A stretch of DNA of 64,000 nucleotides from Candidatus Zixiibacteriota bacterium (GCA_037441845.1 JBBIRK010000004.1:64001-128000), one strand, 5' to 3'; shown: positions 10,371 to 21,144, numbered from the stretch's first letter. The notes: generated from the letters alone by a model not told the origin. Numbers and translations: made by a program.

Positions 10371-11093
10371 ATGGAATCGGACCAACATATCAAGTATAAC
10401 CGGGTGCTGCTGAAGCTTTCCGGTGAGGTTTTGATGGGGAATCAAGGCGGCGGTATCGACCGCCGTATGATTACCTCGATCTGCGACCAGATCGCCGAAG
10501 TGAAGAAGCTGGGAGTTCAAATCGGCATTGTTGTAGGAGGGGGCAACATCTTTCGGGGTCTGAAAGCATCGGCTTCCGGTATGGATCGGGTCGCCGCCGA
10601 TCATATGGGGATGTTGGCTACGATAATCAATGCGCTCGCCATACAGGAATATCTCGAATCGCAGGGGCATTTCACACGGGTGATGTCGGCGCTCGAAATA
10701 AACGAAGTCTGCGAACCCTTTATCAGGCGGCGGGCCGTCCGGCATCTCGAAAAGGGCCGAATCGTGATATTCGCCGGGGGGACCGGCAACCCGTATTTCA
10801 CGACGGATACGGCGGCGGCATTACGCGCGGCGGAAATCGGCGCTCAAATTATTTTGAAAGGAACGAAGGTCGACGGGGTTTACAACAAAGACCCCGAAAC
10901 CGATCCGGGGGCGGTAAAATTCGAAATGTTGTCGCACACCGATATGCTTCAAAAAGAACTGAAAGTGATGGATGCCACGGCCGCCTCGATGTGCCGGGAA
11001 AACAAAATCCCCATAATCGTGTTTAATATCTATGAACGTGGTAATTTGAAAAGAATAGTACTTGGCGATAAAATCGGCACGATGATCAGTTGA
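10371..11093 (+). CDS. pyrH: UMP kinase
   Basis: [31 protein letters not shown]. Confidence 0.98.
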   Translation: MESDQHIKYNRVLLKLSGEVLMGNQGGGIDRRMITSICDQIAEVKKLGVQIGIVVGGGNIFRGLKASASGMDRVAADHMGMLATIINALAIQEYLESQGHFTRVMSALEINEVCEPFIRRRAVRHLEKGRIVIFAGGTGNPYFTTDTAAALRAAEIGAQIILKGTKVDGVYNKDPETDPGAVKFEMLSHTDMLQKELKVMDATAASMCRENKIPIIVFNIYERGNLKRIVLGDKIGTMIS

Positions 11094-11101
11094 GGAATTC
11101 T

Positions 11102-11659
11102 ATGCTCAATAAAATCTATGCTGAAACGGAAGATAAAATGAAAAAGGCGATCGATGCGATCGGCAGGGAGCTGGCTCAGGTTCGCACCGGCAAAGCTTCG
11201 CCTAAATTGCTCGAGGGAATCAAAGTGGATTATTACGGCGTTCCCACACCGTTGAAGCAGGTCGCCTCAATCAATGTCCCGGATCCCAAGCAGCTTGTGG
11301 TTCAACCATGGGAGAAAAACCTCGTCAATGAAATAGTCAAAGCAATTCAAAAGGCCGACCTGGGGTTGAATCCGATCGCCGAAGCCGGTATAGTGCGGGT
11401 GCCGGTGCCGCCGCTGAACGAGGAAAGGCGCCGCGATATGGTGCGGTTGGTGAAAAAGCTCGGCGAGGAGGGGAAAATCGCCATCCGCAATATACGCCGC
11501 GATGCCAACGAACGAATGAAACAGGCCAAAAACGACGCCCAGATCACGGAGGACGATCTGGAAAAAGGGCAGAGGAAAGTTCAGGATTTTACCGATAAAT
11601 ATATCTCCCATCTGGAAGAAATATTAAAGGCAAAAGAACTGGAGGTCATGGAAGTCTAA
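11102..11659 (+). CDS. frr: Ribosome recycling factor
   Basis: RTGKASP, DYYG, PPLNEERR, IRNIRRDA. Confidence 0.97.
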   Translation: MLNKIYAETEDKMKKAIDAIGRELAQVRTGKASPKLLEGIKVDYYGVPTPLKQVASINVPDPKQLVVQPWEKNLVNEIVKAIQKADLGLNPIAEAGIVRVPVPPLNEERRRDMVRLVKKLGEEGKIAIRNIRRDANERMKQAKNDAQITEDDLEKGQRKVQDFTDKYISHLEEILKAKELEVMEV

Positions 11660-11660
11660 A

Positions 11661-12413
11661 GTGAGTTCGTTGGAGTCGCTTAAAGCGAAAATCCTCGCCG
11701 GCAATCTGCCGCTGCATGTGGCCATCATCATGGATGGCAATGGGCGTTGGGCCCGCCGGAGGGGCTTGCCGCGGACCGCCGGCCATCGCTATGGAGTCGA
11801 TGCGGTGAAAAAAGTGGTGCGTATCGCCGGCGAGCTGAATATCAACTTTCTTACCCTTTTTACATTTTCCACCGAAAATTGGAAACGTCCCAAAAGCGAA
11901 GTATCGGCGATTTTGAATTTGCTTTTCGAAACCACCCGAAAAGAACTTAATGAGCTTCTCGAAAACAACGTAAGGCTGATAACCACCGGCGATATCGAAT
12001 CGCTTGCGCCCGATCGCTGCAATATACTCAAAGAGGCGGTAAGTCGAACCTCGAATAACACCGGCCTCACTTTGAATCTTGCTCTAAATTACTCCGGTCG
12101 CCTCGAGATTTTACAGGCGGTCAGAAATATCGCCGCCGATGCGCTGAAAGGCAAAATCGATCCCGGAAGTATAGACGAAAGATTGTTTTCGCGATATCTG
12201 ATGACCAACGGGCTCCCCGATCCGGATCTTCTGATTAGGACATCGGGCGAAAGGCGTATTTCCAATTTTTTCCTTTGGCAGATGTCCTACACCGAGCTTT
12301 ATGTCACCGACGTTCTCTGGCCGGATTTCGATGAAATCGAGTTCTGTAATGCGATTCTCGATTTCCAGAAGCGAGAAAGGCGTTTTGGCCAGGTAAAGGA
12401 ACCCACCCACTGA
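11661..12413 (+). CDS. uppS: Undecaprenyl diphosphate synthase (isoprenyl transferase)
   Basis: HVAIIMDGNGRWA, FSTENWKRP, PDLLIRTSGERRISNF, RERRFG. Confidence 0.97.
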   Translation: MSSLESLKAKILAGNLPLHVAIIMDGNGRWARRRGLPRTAGHRYGVDAVKKVVRIAGELNINFLTLFTFSTENWKRPKSEVSAILNLLFETTRKELNELLENNVRLITTGDIESLAPDRCNILKEAVSRTSNNTGLTLNLALNYSGRLEILQAVRNIAADALKGKIDPGSIDERLFSRYLMTNGLPDPDLLIRTSGERRISNFFLWQMSYTELYVTDVLWPDFDEIEFCNAILDFQKRERRFGQVKEPTH

Positions 12414-12477
12414 AACGGCCCCGACCGCTGCTGATATAACTGGTCAAAATCGTAGTTATCTGCTATAATTTACGGGC

Positions 12478-13272
12478 ATGGAGCGAAATCTGGCGTTTCG
12501 TCTGCTGGTCGCCGCCGGCGGGATTCCGCTTTTGCTGTTTATTGCTGCAAAGGGCGGATTGTGGCTGCTGGTTTTGTGCATGATTCTTGCCGGGGGGTGC
12601 GGCTCTGAAATCGTGCGTCTTATCGGGCGGAATAGATTCGATTTCGGGCAAATTTGGGGGACATTTACGGCTTTTCTCGCGCCGGTATTCTGCTATTTCG
12701 ATTTGTCGTTTCAACTGTATTTCGCGATAGTGATTATCGGGGTGGGTGCCATCATCGCACTTGAAAATCGTATTGAATCGCTGTCTGATCGGCTGCTTGC
12801 GGGCATATTGCCCGCAATTTATCCGGGCATTTTAATTTCCTTTTTAGTCTTGCTGTCAAGAAGAGGGACAGGCGGTTCCCACCTCGTAGTGTTTTCGTTT
12901 CTGTTGGTTTGGGCGGTGGATACGGCTGCCTATTTCGGAGGAAGGGCCTTCGGCCGCAAAAAGCTTTCGCCGGTCCTTTCGCCGAACAAGACCTGGGCCG
13001 GATTTTTCGCCGGTTTCGCAGGGGCGATCGTTGCGGCGATGGTAAGCCGCCTTGTCTTCCTTCACTTGCCGATTGCGAAATTGGCGTTGTTGGCGGTTAT
13101 CGGGGCGCTGGCGGCGCAAGCGGGCGATCTGTTTGAATCGGGGTTGAAACGCGCCTATGGAGCCAAAGATTCATCGGCCGTTCTTCCCGGTCATGGCGGG
13201 CTTTTGGATCGGTTCGATTCATTACTTTTCGCCGCGCCGGTGATTTATTATCTGACCACCCTTTGGCCGTAA
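12478..13272 (+). CDS. cdsA: Phosphatidate cytidylyltransferase
   Basis: DTAAYFGG, SPNKTW, GDLFESGLKR, KDS, PGHGGLLDRFDS. Confidence 0.96.
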   Translation: MERNLAFRLLVAAGGIPLLLFIAAKGGLWLLVLCMILAGGCGSEIVRLIGRNRFDFGQIWGTFTAFLAPVFCYFDLSFQLYFAIVIIGVGAIIALENRIESLSDRLLAGILPAIYPGILISFLVLLSRRGTGGSHLVVFSFLLVWAVDTAAYFGGRAFGRKKLSPVLSPNKTWAGFFAGFAGAIVAAMVSRLVFLHLPIAKLALLAVIGALAAQAGDLFESGLKRAYGAKDSSAVLPGHGGLLDRFDSLLFAAPVIYYLTTLWP

Positions 13273-13321
13273 AATCAGGCTGCGTACGCAAAAGCGTGGG
13301 ATCGCTCGCAACCGATCGACG

Positions 13322-14254
13322 GTGGCTCGTTATAAGAACGATATGCGAAAAATGATAAGAATGTTAGACTATATATTCGTAATGCGTCCAATGTTGATAA
13401 TCCCGGTCTGGACGATTTTTTTGCTCGGATATTTCCGTTTCGGTCAAGAGGCCGAAATTTTCGGCTTGGTTGTTTCGATATTGAGCTCCACGCTGGCGGC
13501 GGGGGCGGTTTTCGTCTTGAATCAGATCTGCGACGTAGAATCGGACCGAATAAACGACAAAGGACAATTTTTCACCAAAGAAATCCTTTCGATACGGGCG
13601 GGGCTCATTCTGTCAATTATTCTAAACCTTCTGGCGCTCGGCCTCGGCGCTTTGATTTCTTTCGAGTTCGCACTCGGAATCGCCGCGGTGATTATTCTCG
13701 GGATATCGTATTCGGTTAGGCCGTTGAGCCTTAAAGATAGGCCGATTCCCGCGCTGCTTATCAATGGATTGGGTCATGGCAGCTTGGTTTTTCTTTTAGG
13801 CTGGTTTGCCGTGGGCGGCGGCTTGGTTCCAGGGATTTATAATTCGATTCCGTATTTTCTGGCCGTGGGGGCGGTGTATATCGGGACTACTATTCCGGAC
13901 ATAAGTGGGGATATCGCCACCGGGAAAATCACCTTGGCGGTGTTGCTGGGCGACTTTTATTGTGGTTTGCTGATTCTTGTCATGATGGCTGCGGCGGCGG
14001 CGACCGCCGCATTTCTTGGCGACTCATCGATGTATGTGGCCTGCGGCCCTGCTCTGGCATTGCAGATCGCATCAGTTATCATCCAAAGCCGCAAGCTGCA
14101 AATAATAACGATAAAAATTGCTATATTAGCCTTAAGTTTATCGGCAGGACTTAAATTTCCACTTTATATATTTTGGTTGTTTGCGATAATCATTTCGACT
14201 CGGTTATATCACAGGTTTAGGCTCGGCATGAGATATCCTTCGCTGGTCGCCTAA
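13322..14254 (+). CDS. UbiA-family prenyltransferase
   Basis: Asp-rich motifs NQICDVESD and PDISGD, YS..P..LK motif, multiple TM segments. True start may be 13343 or later. Confidence 0.85.
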   Translation: MARYKNDMRKMIRMLDYIFVMRPMLIIPVWTIFLLGYFRFGQEAEIFGLVVSILSSTLAAGAVFVLNQICDVESDRINDKGQFFTKEILSIRAGLILSIILNLLALGLGALISFEFALGIAAVIILGISYSVRPLSLKDRPIPALLINGLGHGSLVFLLGWFAVGGGLVPGIYNSIPYFLAVGAVYIGTTIPDISGDIATGKITLAVLLGDFYCGLLILVMMAAAAATAAFLGDSSMYVACGPALALQIASVIIQSRKLQIITIKIAILALSLSAGLKFPLYIFWLFAIIISTRLYHRFRLGMRYPSLVA

Positions 14255-14269
14255 ATCGTTCATGCCCCG

Positions 14270-14821
14270 TTGACGATAGTCATAATGATGACCTATACCC
14301 GTGTCTTATTCATATTTTTGGCGGCGCTATTAGCCAGATGCGGCCCGTTGCCGACCGACGATTCGACGGAGCCCCGACGGAATTTCCGCGATGAGGATCG
14401 AGATGCCGTTATCCGTGTCGCCGATCGGTACGCAGGCGCTCCCTACCGATACAGCGGCGACGGCGAGAATGGATTCGATTGTTCGGGTTTCGTTCGGCGT
14501 GTTTTCGCCGAGGCTGTCGGTCTCGACCTGCCCAGAGTAACCAGGGAGCTTTACCGCTACAGCCGCTCGATTCATTTCGAACATGCGCTGCCCGGCGATC
14601 TTGTATTTTTCTCGATAAAAATGAACGGGAGGGCCGATCACGTGGGTATCTATGCCGGGGCGGGCGAATTTTACCATGCCTCGAAAAAAAGCGGCATAAT
14701 TAAATCCTCTTTCGCCGATGATTATTACTACCAGCGCTTTTTCGGAATTAGACGTCTTAAGTTGGAACTTTTAAGTAGACCCCTGATACGGGCGCAAAAC
14801 GAAAGGCGTCAGCCTCGATGA
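14270..14821 (+). CDS. NlpC/P60 (C40) peptidoglycan endopeptidase, probable lipoprotein
   Basis: PY..SG, GFDCSG, PGDLVFF, DHVGIY, FYHAS. Hydrophobic N-terminus ending in Cys. Confidence 0.92.
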   Translation: MTIVIMMTYTRVLFIFLAALLARCGPLPTDDSTEPRRNFRDEDRDAVIRVADRYAGAPYRYSGDGENGFDCSGFVRRVFAEAVGLDLPRVTRELYRYSRSIHFEHALPGDLVFFSIKMNGRADHVGIYAGAGEFYHASKKSGIIKSSFADDYYYQRFFGIRRLKLELLSRPLIRAQNERRQPR

Positions 14822-15627
14822 TCTTTCGCCGCAACCGCTTTTCCGCCTGAATCCGGCTGTTTGAATTCCAAAAGCCATATATTGCCAAGAAGATTATCGT
14901 TAAGCCTTGAGCTTCCGTCCGAAATGACCACCGCCAGATACTTGCCGTCGTTTGAAATCACCGGCATTATCTCATATTGCGCTGTTGAAGTGTCCGATCG
15001 CGGAATTCCATAAAATCTGTCGGCGGCCGAATCGTATATTACCAATCTGGGCGACTTCGGATCGTATGTAATGGCGATATATCTGCCCGACGGCGATATC
15101 GATTCGAGATAGGCCGCCTTGTGACCGGGAATCAGTTGCTTGAGCGTCCCCTCCCTTGATAGGTAGATCGTAGAATTTCTCTCGGATCCTTGCTGCCCAG
15201 CGCTGAAAAATAAGCCGTATTCGGTCGAGTATCCCGTGATAGGCAACTCGTCGCCTACTTTTGGAAGCATATCATTTTGAATTGAAATTATCTCCACCTG
15301 CTCCGGCCAACTGTCGGCCATGAAAATATCGTTTGAGGCAAGATCGATAAACAAAGGTTTTACTTCGTTGTCGGCAGGGTCGGCGGCTGCATAATCCGGC
15401 TTGCTTTTGAATACTCTGGTGAAGCATATTCGATTCGGCGTATTATCGAAATATGGGAAAAAATCGCTCATCTTATCGGTTAGTTGTCTTATGGAGGCTA
15501 TTTCACCAACATCGGCCAAGTTGCGAACGAAATAATCCGGAATCTCCCGGGTATCTTTTGAGGGCCGGCGGGAGCATCCGAAAAGCAGTAAGAAGATTGA
15601 AACGAATGCCGGGATGAGTCCGTTCAT
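14809..15627 (-). CDS. Hypothetical lipoprotein with TolB/WD40-like repeats
   Basis: Signal peptide ending LLFGC. SISPSGRYIA and ISNDGKYLA PD40-like repeats. Confidence 0.65.
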   Translation of the reverse strand: MNGLIPAFVSIFLLLFGCSRRPSKDTREIPDYFVRNLADVGEIASIRQLTDKMSDFFPYFDNTPNRICFTRVFKSKPDYAAADPADNEVKPLFIDLASNDIFMADSWPEQVEIISIQNDMLPKVGDELPITGYSTEYGLFFSAGQQGSERNSTIYLSREGTLKQLIPGHKAAYLESISPSGRYIAITYDPKSPRLVIYDSAADRFYGIPRSDTSTAQYEIMPVISNDGKYLAVVISDGSSRLNDNLLGNIWLLEFKQPDSGGKAVAAKDHRG

Positions 15628-15779
15628 GGTCAAAAAGTAAGCCATCGGGGCGAAGATGTCAATCGCTATAAAATGCCGATTAATACATGGCAATAGTCCG
15701 ACAGGTGTCGCCAAACAAAGCCGGTTTTCGAAAAATGAAATGGAGGGGAATATTATTTATCGCTCGGGCGTATTAAATT

Positions 15780-16079
15780 ATGAAGAAAGGCGGTAAAATG
15801 AATCGGTGGGTCGCCAAAATGATGAAGTGGTTCTATTACGGGCTGTCGATCGTATTTGTCGGCGCCGGAGTCGGCGTAATAACGAAGTTTCTGCCTGCCG
15901 GCGGAATTTTGAATTCGAGAAATCGCTGGCTTTTAGGATCGGCTTTTTTGGTTTACGGTGTTTACCGCTTTACCGATTTGATCTTGCGGGACAGGAGAAG
16001 AAGTTCAGCCGACATTTCGAGCGAGAACCATATGAATGATGATAGCAATGATTTCATGGATAAAAAAACCTTGACTTAA
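15780..16079 (+). CDS. Small two-TM membrane protein
   Basis: Two hydrophobic helices, then YGVYR. Located upstream of the TPR-ExbBD-TonB cluster. Confidence 0.6.
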   Translation: MKKGGKMNRWVAKMMKWFYYGLSIVFVGAGVGVITKFLPAGGILNSRNRWLLGSAFLVYGVYRFTDLILRDRRRSSADISSENHMNDDSNDFMDKKTLT

Positions 16080-16098
16080 AAGGCTCGTTTGGTATTAT
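16071..16098 (+). promoter_or_regulatory. sigma70-type promoter of the TPR-TonB cluster
   Basis: TTGACT, 16 bp spacer, TATTAT. Confidence 0.5.
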
Positions 16099-16147
16099 AA
16101 CAATTCAGTTTTTTTGCGGGCGGGCGCCCCTGAAAACAGGAAAGAGG

Positions 16148-17836
16148 ATGGCAGTGAACAAAATAGCAACATGCATATCGGTGATCGTCCTTTTTGCTAT
16201 TACGGTAATTGCAGGTCCAGTGGATAATCTTATCGCCAGAGCGAAAAATATGGCGACCGGCGGCGATACTGAGCGCGCCATAGCCGCCTTGGATTCGGCG
16301 CTTGCGGTATCACCGACCGATTTCAAATTGCTGCTTGCACGCGCCGATATTCTGGCCGGGCAAGGTGATTATGCGTCCGCCTACGACTATTATATACGGG
16401 CGCTGGCGCAATCGGGAAAAGATCCCAATGCGCTTTATGGAGCCGGTATGGCGGCGCTGAAAAAGGGTGATTACGCCGAGGCGCAGGAATTGTTTCAGAG
16501 GGGAGTCGATTCCGGCAAGCGCAAGGCGGAGTTCCTTCATGGTTTGGGTCTGGCTCAGATGGAGCTCGGATCTTTGGCGGAGGCGGATTTGACCATGCGT
16601 AAGGCGATAAAAGCCGATGCCAAGGTCGCCAAGTATCATGCCGCGTTGGGCGATATCAATTTCCGCAAAGGAGTTTGGGCTGTCGCCCTAAACGAGTATA
16701 AGACCGCGCTCGAACTGGACTCGACAATGACCAACGCTTATCTAAAGATAGGAGAGTCTTATTTCCAATCGGCGAATTTGACCGATGCGGTTAAAAATTT
16801 CAAAGAGTATATACTCCGGGCGCCGACCGACACCTTTTCGCTGTATCGATTGGCCAGGATTTTCGAAGCCTCCAAAAATCCCGCCGAAGCCGCTTTCTTT
16901 TATCAAAAGCTGACCGAACAAAGGCCGAACAACGGTGAATACTGGTTCGGTTATGGGAAAGCTCAATTCGAGCTCGACAAATTCGATCAAGCCGGCGAAG
17001 CTCTCGAAAGAGCGATCGCGCTCGAGACCAAGGTCGCCGAATCTTACGGGATGCTGGCCAAGATTTATTACTTGAACAAGCAATATTTCAAGGCCGACAG
17101 CGCCTATGCGCGGTATGAAGCGGTTTTCGGTTCGCCCGAGGATCCCGAGTATTGGATCGACAAGGGTAAGGTGATGTTCAAAATCGCCGAAACCAACCCG
17201 TCGTTTATCCAGCGTGCGATAGAGGCGTTCGACACCGCGATAAGGTTGGATTCGAATAATATCGCCGCTTATGAATATGCCGGTATCGCCCGTTATTACA
17301 AACAGGATTACAAGGGAGCGATTCCCTTCATAAAACGTAAAGTCGAGCTTGAGGGGGCCGACGTCAATGTCAATACTTTGCGCAATCTCGCTATATGTTA
17401 TTTGAAGACCGAGCAATACGATATCGCCGCGGCTACGCTCGAAAGCGCCTTGAAGCTGAAACCCGATGACGTTGTCATGCACCAGATGCTCGGTAACATC
17501 TACAAATTCCGTCTTCAGTGCGAAAAGGCCGTCGAGCATTATCGGGCTGCCTTAAAAGATACCACGAGTGCCATTTCGGCCCAAGAAAGATGCAAACTGA
17601 AAGGCAACCTCGGTTTTTGCTATGTTGTTTTAAGGGAATGTCAGAATGCGGTTCCTCTGCTTGAAGCGGCGGTGGAGTGCGAACCGCGCAACGAGGAATA
17701 TCTCATGAGCATGGCTCAGGCATATCATTTGTGTAACGATATCAAGAAAGCCAATGCATTTTATTCGAAAGTTCTCGAATTGAATCCCAAGAACAAAGCC
17801 GCGCAAGAGGGAAAACTCAGGACTGAGGTCCGTTAG
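16148..17836 (+). CDS. Secreted/periplasmic multi-TPR protein
   Basis: Signal peptide followed by many ~34-aa A..LG..Y...A...P repeats. Confidence 0.9.
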   Translation: MAVNKIATCISVIVLFAITVIAGPVDNLIARAKNMATGGDTERAIAALDSALAVSPTDFKLLLARADILAGQGDYASAYDYYIRALAQSGKDPNALYGAGMAALKKGDYAEAQELFQRGVDSGKRKAEFLHGLGLAQMELGSLAEADLTMRKAIKADAKVAKYHAALGDINFRKGVWAVALNEYKTALELDSTMTNAYLKIGESYFQSANLTDAVKNFKEYILRAPTDTFSLYRLARIFEASKNPAEAAFFYQKLTEQRPNNGEYWFGYGKAQFELDKFDQAGEALERAIALETKVAESYGMLAKIYYLNKQYFKADSAYARYEAVFGSPEDPEYWIDKGKVMFKIAETNPSFIQRAIEAFDTAIRLDSNNIAAYEYAGIARYYKQDYKGAIPFIKRKVELEGADVNVNTLRNLAICYLKTEQYDIAAATLESALKLKPDDVVMHQMLGNIYKFRLQCEKAVEHYRAALKDTTSAISAQERCKLKGNLGFCYVVLRECQNAVPLLEAAVECEPRNEEYLMSMAQAYHLCNDIKKANAFYSKVLELNPKNKAAQEGKLRTEVR

Positions 17837-17856
17837 TAAATAAGGCTGGAGTATCT

Positions 17857-18555
17857 ATGACGAAAATCGAAAATTCAAATCCCGAGGAGCTGCGGTTCAA
17901 TTATCTCGGCTTCGATTATGTTCCCGGGAGAATCAAGGAATTCTGGGAGTCGGAAGCCGAGCGGAAGAAGTATCTCGAAAAAATCCAGCAGCAGGCCGCC
18001 GCCGGCTCCAGGCCGGAAAGGGATTTTTCTATCGTGAACGCCGGCCAGCTCGGCAAATCCGATCGATTGATGATATCGCTGGGTTCGGTGGTTCTGATTT
18101 TGTCTTTAATATTGCCTTACTATAGTTTCACGGCTTACGGCAAGCAGGTATCGGGGATCGCCATAGGATTCTTGTTGAATCTCGGTTATGTGGGAAATTT
18201 CGTCGCCTGGGGGAATCTGGCGATGAAATCGACGTTGGTTTTGGCGGTGCTGTTGATTTTCGTGAGCCCCATAGTCGGGATCATAAATCTAATCGCCTTG
18301 AACGGCGATCGGACCAAAGAGAACTACTATAAGAAAGTGAAATCGGCGAGTCGACTGAATCTATATGCTTTGCTTCTTTATTTCTTGCTATTGGTATTGG
18401 TGATTTCATCGCAGCCGAATCCGTTCGGTTCGCTGGGTATAAGCGCGCTGGGCGAAAGTTTCAACCTCGGTAGTTTTATCAGAATGGCGGGGTTCGGAAT
18501 CTGGCTTAATATCGGCGCTCATCTGCTCGGCATGATTCCGGCGCTGGAGTTGTAG
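17857..18555 (+). CDS. Hypothetical membrane protein (~4 TM) with soluble N-terminal region
   Basis: 232-aa ORF with SD, co-oriented between TPR and exbB. Several hydrophobic segments. Confidence 0.7.
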   Translation: MTKIENSNPEELRFNYLGFDYVPGRIKEFWESEAERKKYLEKIQQQAAAGSRPERDFSIVNAGQLGKSDRLMISLGSVVLILSLILPYYSFTAYGKQVSGIAIGFLLNLGYVGNFVAWGNLAMKSTLVLAVLLIFVSPIVGIINLIALNGDRTKENYYKKVKSASRLNLYALLLYFLLLVLVISSQPNPFGSLGISALGESFNLGSFIRMAGFGIWLNIGAHLLGMIPALEL

Positions 18556-18587
18556 ATAGTATCATATATTCAAATAGGAGGAATTAA

Positions 18588-19319
18588 GTGAAACAATCGG
18601 TGTTTATCATCGTATTGCTGCTGATCTCCGTGGCCGTCGGCTTCATTATCTGGGGAATGTTTCTCCCGGATTATCTGAGAGAGGGCGGACCACTGGTGGC
18701 GGTGTTGATCGCGCTGCTGGTTTTGAATCTCGGATTCATAATCGAACGTTGGCTGACCCTGCGCATAGCCCGGGGAACATCTTCGGTGCAGGCTTTTTTC
18801 AAGAAAGTCATCACTCTGCTGCGCGCCGACGATTACGATGGCGCGATCGCCGCATGCGATAAGCAGCGCGGCAGTATCGCCAATATTCTGCGCGCGGGAA
18901 TCGAACGTTACAAGAATGCCAGGGTGGATAAAACCATGACTTCCGAAAAAAGATTGGCCGAGACTCAAAGGGCTATCGAAGAGGCAAATGCTCTCGAAGT
19001 CCCATTGCTTGAAAGAAACCTGATCGCCTTGTCGACCATCGCTTCTATCGCCACCATGGTCGGTCTGCTTGGTACGACGATCGGTATGATCCGCGCGTTT
19101 TCGGCCACCGGTCATCGCAAGGGCGGAGTGATCGATGCCCAGCAGCTGGCGGTCGGTATATCGGAAGCGCTGGTCAATACCGCCGGAGGGTTGGCCACGG
19201 CGATCATGGGGATCGTTGCCTATAACGTTTTCGTCAACAAGGTTGACACTTTCAACTATACTATCGAAGAGGCGGCCTACGAGGTCGTGCAGTTGATTAA
19301 AGAGAAGGAAGGGCATTGA
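18588..19319 (+). CDS. exbB: MotA/TolQ/ExbB proton channel protein
   Basis: LSTIASIATMVGLLGTTIGMIRAF, GISEALVNTAGGL. Confidence 0.93.
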   Translation: MKQSVFIIVLLLISVAVGFIIWGMFLPDYLREGGPLVAVLIALLVLNLGFIIERWLTLRIARGTSSVQAFFKKVITLLRADDYDGAIAACDKQRGSIANILRAGIERYKNARVDKTMTSEKRLAETQRAIEEANALEVPLLERNLIALSTIASIATMVGLLGTTIGMIRAFSATGHRKGGVIDAQQLAVGISEALVNTAGGLATAIMGIVAYNVFVNKVDTFNYTIEEAAYEVVQLIKEKEGH

Positions 19320-19786
19320 TGGCCAAGAAGCCGAGAAGAAGAATCGGAATCGCCATCGATATGACGCCAATGGTCGATATCGGCTTTTTGCTGCTGATAT
19401 TTTATATGACCACGACGCAGTTCAAGCCGCCGGAACGCGAACATGTCACAATTCCCGCTTCTCACTCGGAGATCAAGGTCCCCGATGCCGGACTGATTAA
19501 CATTACTATCAACAAGAATGATAATATCTTCATCGAATACGTAACCAAAAACGATTCCACCGGGGAGATTTATCGTGAGTCACCCGAGGTCACGATCAAT
19601 ACGCTGAATTACGAGCTGACCAAAGCCCGCTTGAAATATCCCACGGCTTACATACTGATCAAGGCCGACAAAGAATCGCATTATGGAACCATGCGTTCGG
19701 TCATGTCGACTCTCCAGGATCTCAAGATCGATCATTTCTCGTTGATGACGGAATTCAAAACCGATCCGATCCAAGCGGGAATGTAA
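19316..19786 (+). CDS. exbD: ExbD/TolR family protein
   Basis: IDMTPMVDIGFLLLIFYMTT, IKADKE. Confidence 0.92.
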   Translation: MMAKKPRRRIGIAIDMTPMVDIGFLLLIFYMTTTQFKPPEREHVTIPASHSEIKVPDAGLINITINKNDNIFIEYVTKNDSTGEIYRESPEVTINTLNYELTKARLKYPTAYILIKADKESHYGTMRSVMSTLQDLKIDHFSLMTEFKTDPIQAGM

Positions 19787-19800
19787 GGAGGTGATTTCTC

Positions 19801-20388
19801 GTGGGAGCCGTTGACCAACCGCAACGACAGGTAAAAACCAAGGGCAAAGGTTTACGTCGCCCCAAACGCCGTATCGGTATCAGAATCGATATGACGCCTA
19901 TGGTTGACATCGCGTTCTTGTTGTTGATTTTCTATATGGTAACGACCATTTTCTCCGCGCCTCAGTCCATGGAAATCGCCTTGCCGCCGAAAGACGCAAC
20001 TTCGCCGATCGAAATCGGGAAATCGCGGATTCTTGAACTGATGGTGGACAGCGATGATAATATATTCTGGCTGCATTCGCCGGGTCAGGTGAATATGGAG
20101 CTGCCCGAATATCTGAAACCTTCGGAACTGCGCCAATTCCTCATTAAGAAAAATCAGGATTACCCCGGTCTGGTGACGATTCTGCGCTTCGATAAGGACA
20201 GCAAATACGAAACGATGGTGTTCATTTTCGATGAAATACAAGTCGTCGAAAGGTTGTTCAAACAGACAGACCCGAAATGGTCGTATCGGCGCAGTTTGCA
20301 GGATATGACCGTCTGGGAATATCAGCTCATGGAGAAAGCCAAAGCGGCCATGGGCGGCATTCCCAAATCCACAGGGGGTGCATCATGA
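19801..20388 (+). CDS. exbD: Second ExbD/TolR family protein
   Basis: IDMTPMVDIAFLLLIFYMVTT, with a periplasmic domain. Confidence 0.9.
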   Translation: MGAVDQPQRQVKTKGKGLRRPKRRIGIRIDMTPMVDIAFLLLIFYMVTTIFSAPQSMEIALPPKDATSPIEIGKSRILELMVDSDDNIFWLHSPGQVNMELPEYLKPSELRQFLIKKNQDYPGLVTILRFDKDSKYETMVFIFDEIQVVERLFKQTDPKWSYRRSLQDMTVWEYQLMEKAKAAMGGIPKSTGGAS

Positions 20389-21122
20389 ACAAATCGACCG
20401 CAATTCTTTCCGGCTACGGCCTTTTCGAATTGAAACGGGCCTATCGGAAAAACATGGCGATCGGCGTGCTGGCCTCGAGCGCATTTTTTCTTATTGTGGT
20501 GGGTGGAACAACGCTTGCCTATCACCTTTTGACCAAGGCGCCCGAAGCGGTGGGTACCATCACTCTTAAAACGATTCAGGACCTTGGAACTCCGCCGGCC
20601 TTATCTCAGCAAGATGTGCCGATACAGATTCAGGTTCAACAGGCGGTTCAGCCGTCGGTGGGTGTGCCGACGCCGGTGCCGGATGAGCAGGCCCCCGAAG
20701 ATGTGCAGGCGGCCACCCAGGATGAGTTGGCTCAGATGGCGGCACCGGCACCGATTCTGAATCTCGATGAAATCGGCAACAAGGCTATTGAGGTCGAGAA
20801 TATGAATGATCTTCTGCCGTCGCCGGACGAATTCGTCGCCTACGAGGAGCCGCCGGTGCAAATCGAGGCGGTTCAGCCTGAGTATCCGGATCTTGCCCGA
20901 AGGGCGGGGGTTGAGGGCGTGGTCTGGGTAAAATCGCTGGTGGATAAGGAAGGCAAGGTCCGCGATGTCATCATTCTGAAAGAATCCGGCGCCAAGGCTG
21001 GATTCGAGGAGGCGGCTATCGAAGCGGCCAAGAAGACCCTCTGGAAACCGGCGATTTCCAACGGCCAGCCCGTTGCCGTTTGGGTTTCTTATAAAATCAT
21101 CTTCACTCTGAAGTCGAATTAG
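20385..21122 (+). CDS. tonB: Energy transducer TonB
   Basis: N-terminal TM, Pro-rich linker, PEYPDLARRAGVEGVV, WKPA..NGQPV. ATGA overlap with exbD. Confidence 0.92.
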   Translation: MNKSTAILSGYGLFELKRAYRKNMAIGVLASSAFFLIVVGGTTLAYHLLTKAPEAVGTITLKTIQDLGTPPALSQQDVPIQIQVQQAVQPSVGVPTPVPDEQAPEDVQAATQDELAQMAAPAPILNLDEIGNKAIEVENMNDLLPSPDEFVAYEEPPVQIEAVQPEYPDLARRAGVEGVVWVKSLVDKEGKVRDVIILKESGAKAGFEEAAIEAAKKTLWKPAISNGQPVAVWVSYKIIFTLKSN

Positions 21123-21144
21123 CGAAATCCGTTTTGGGGATTTC

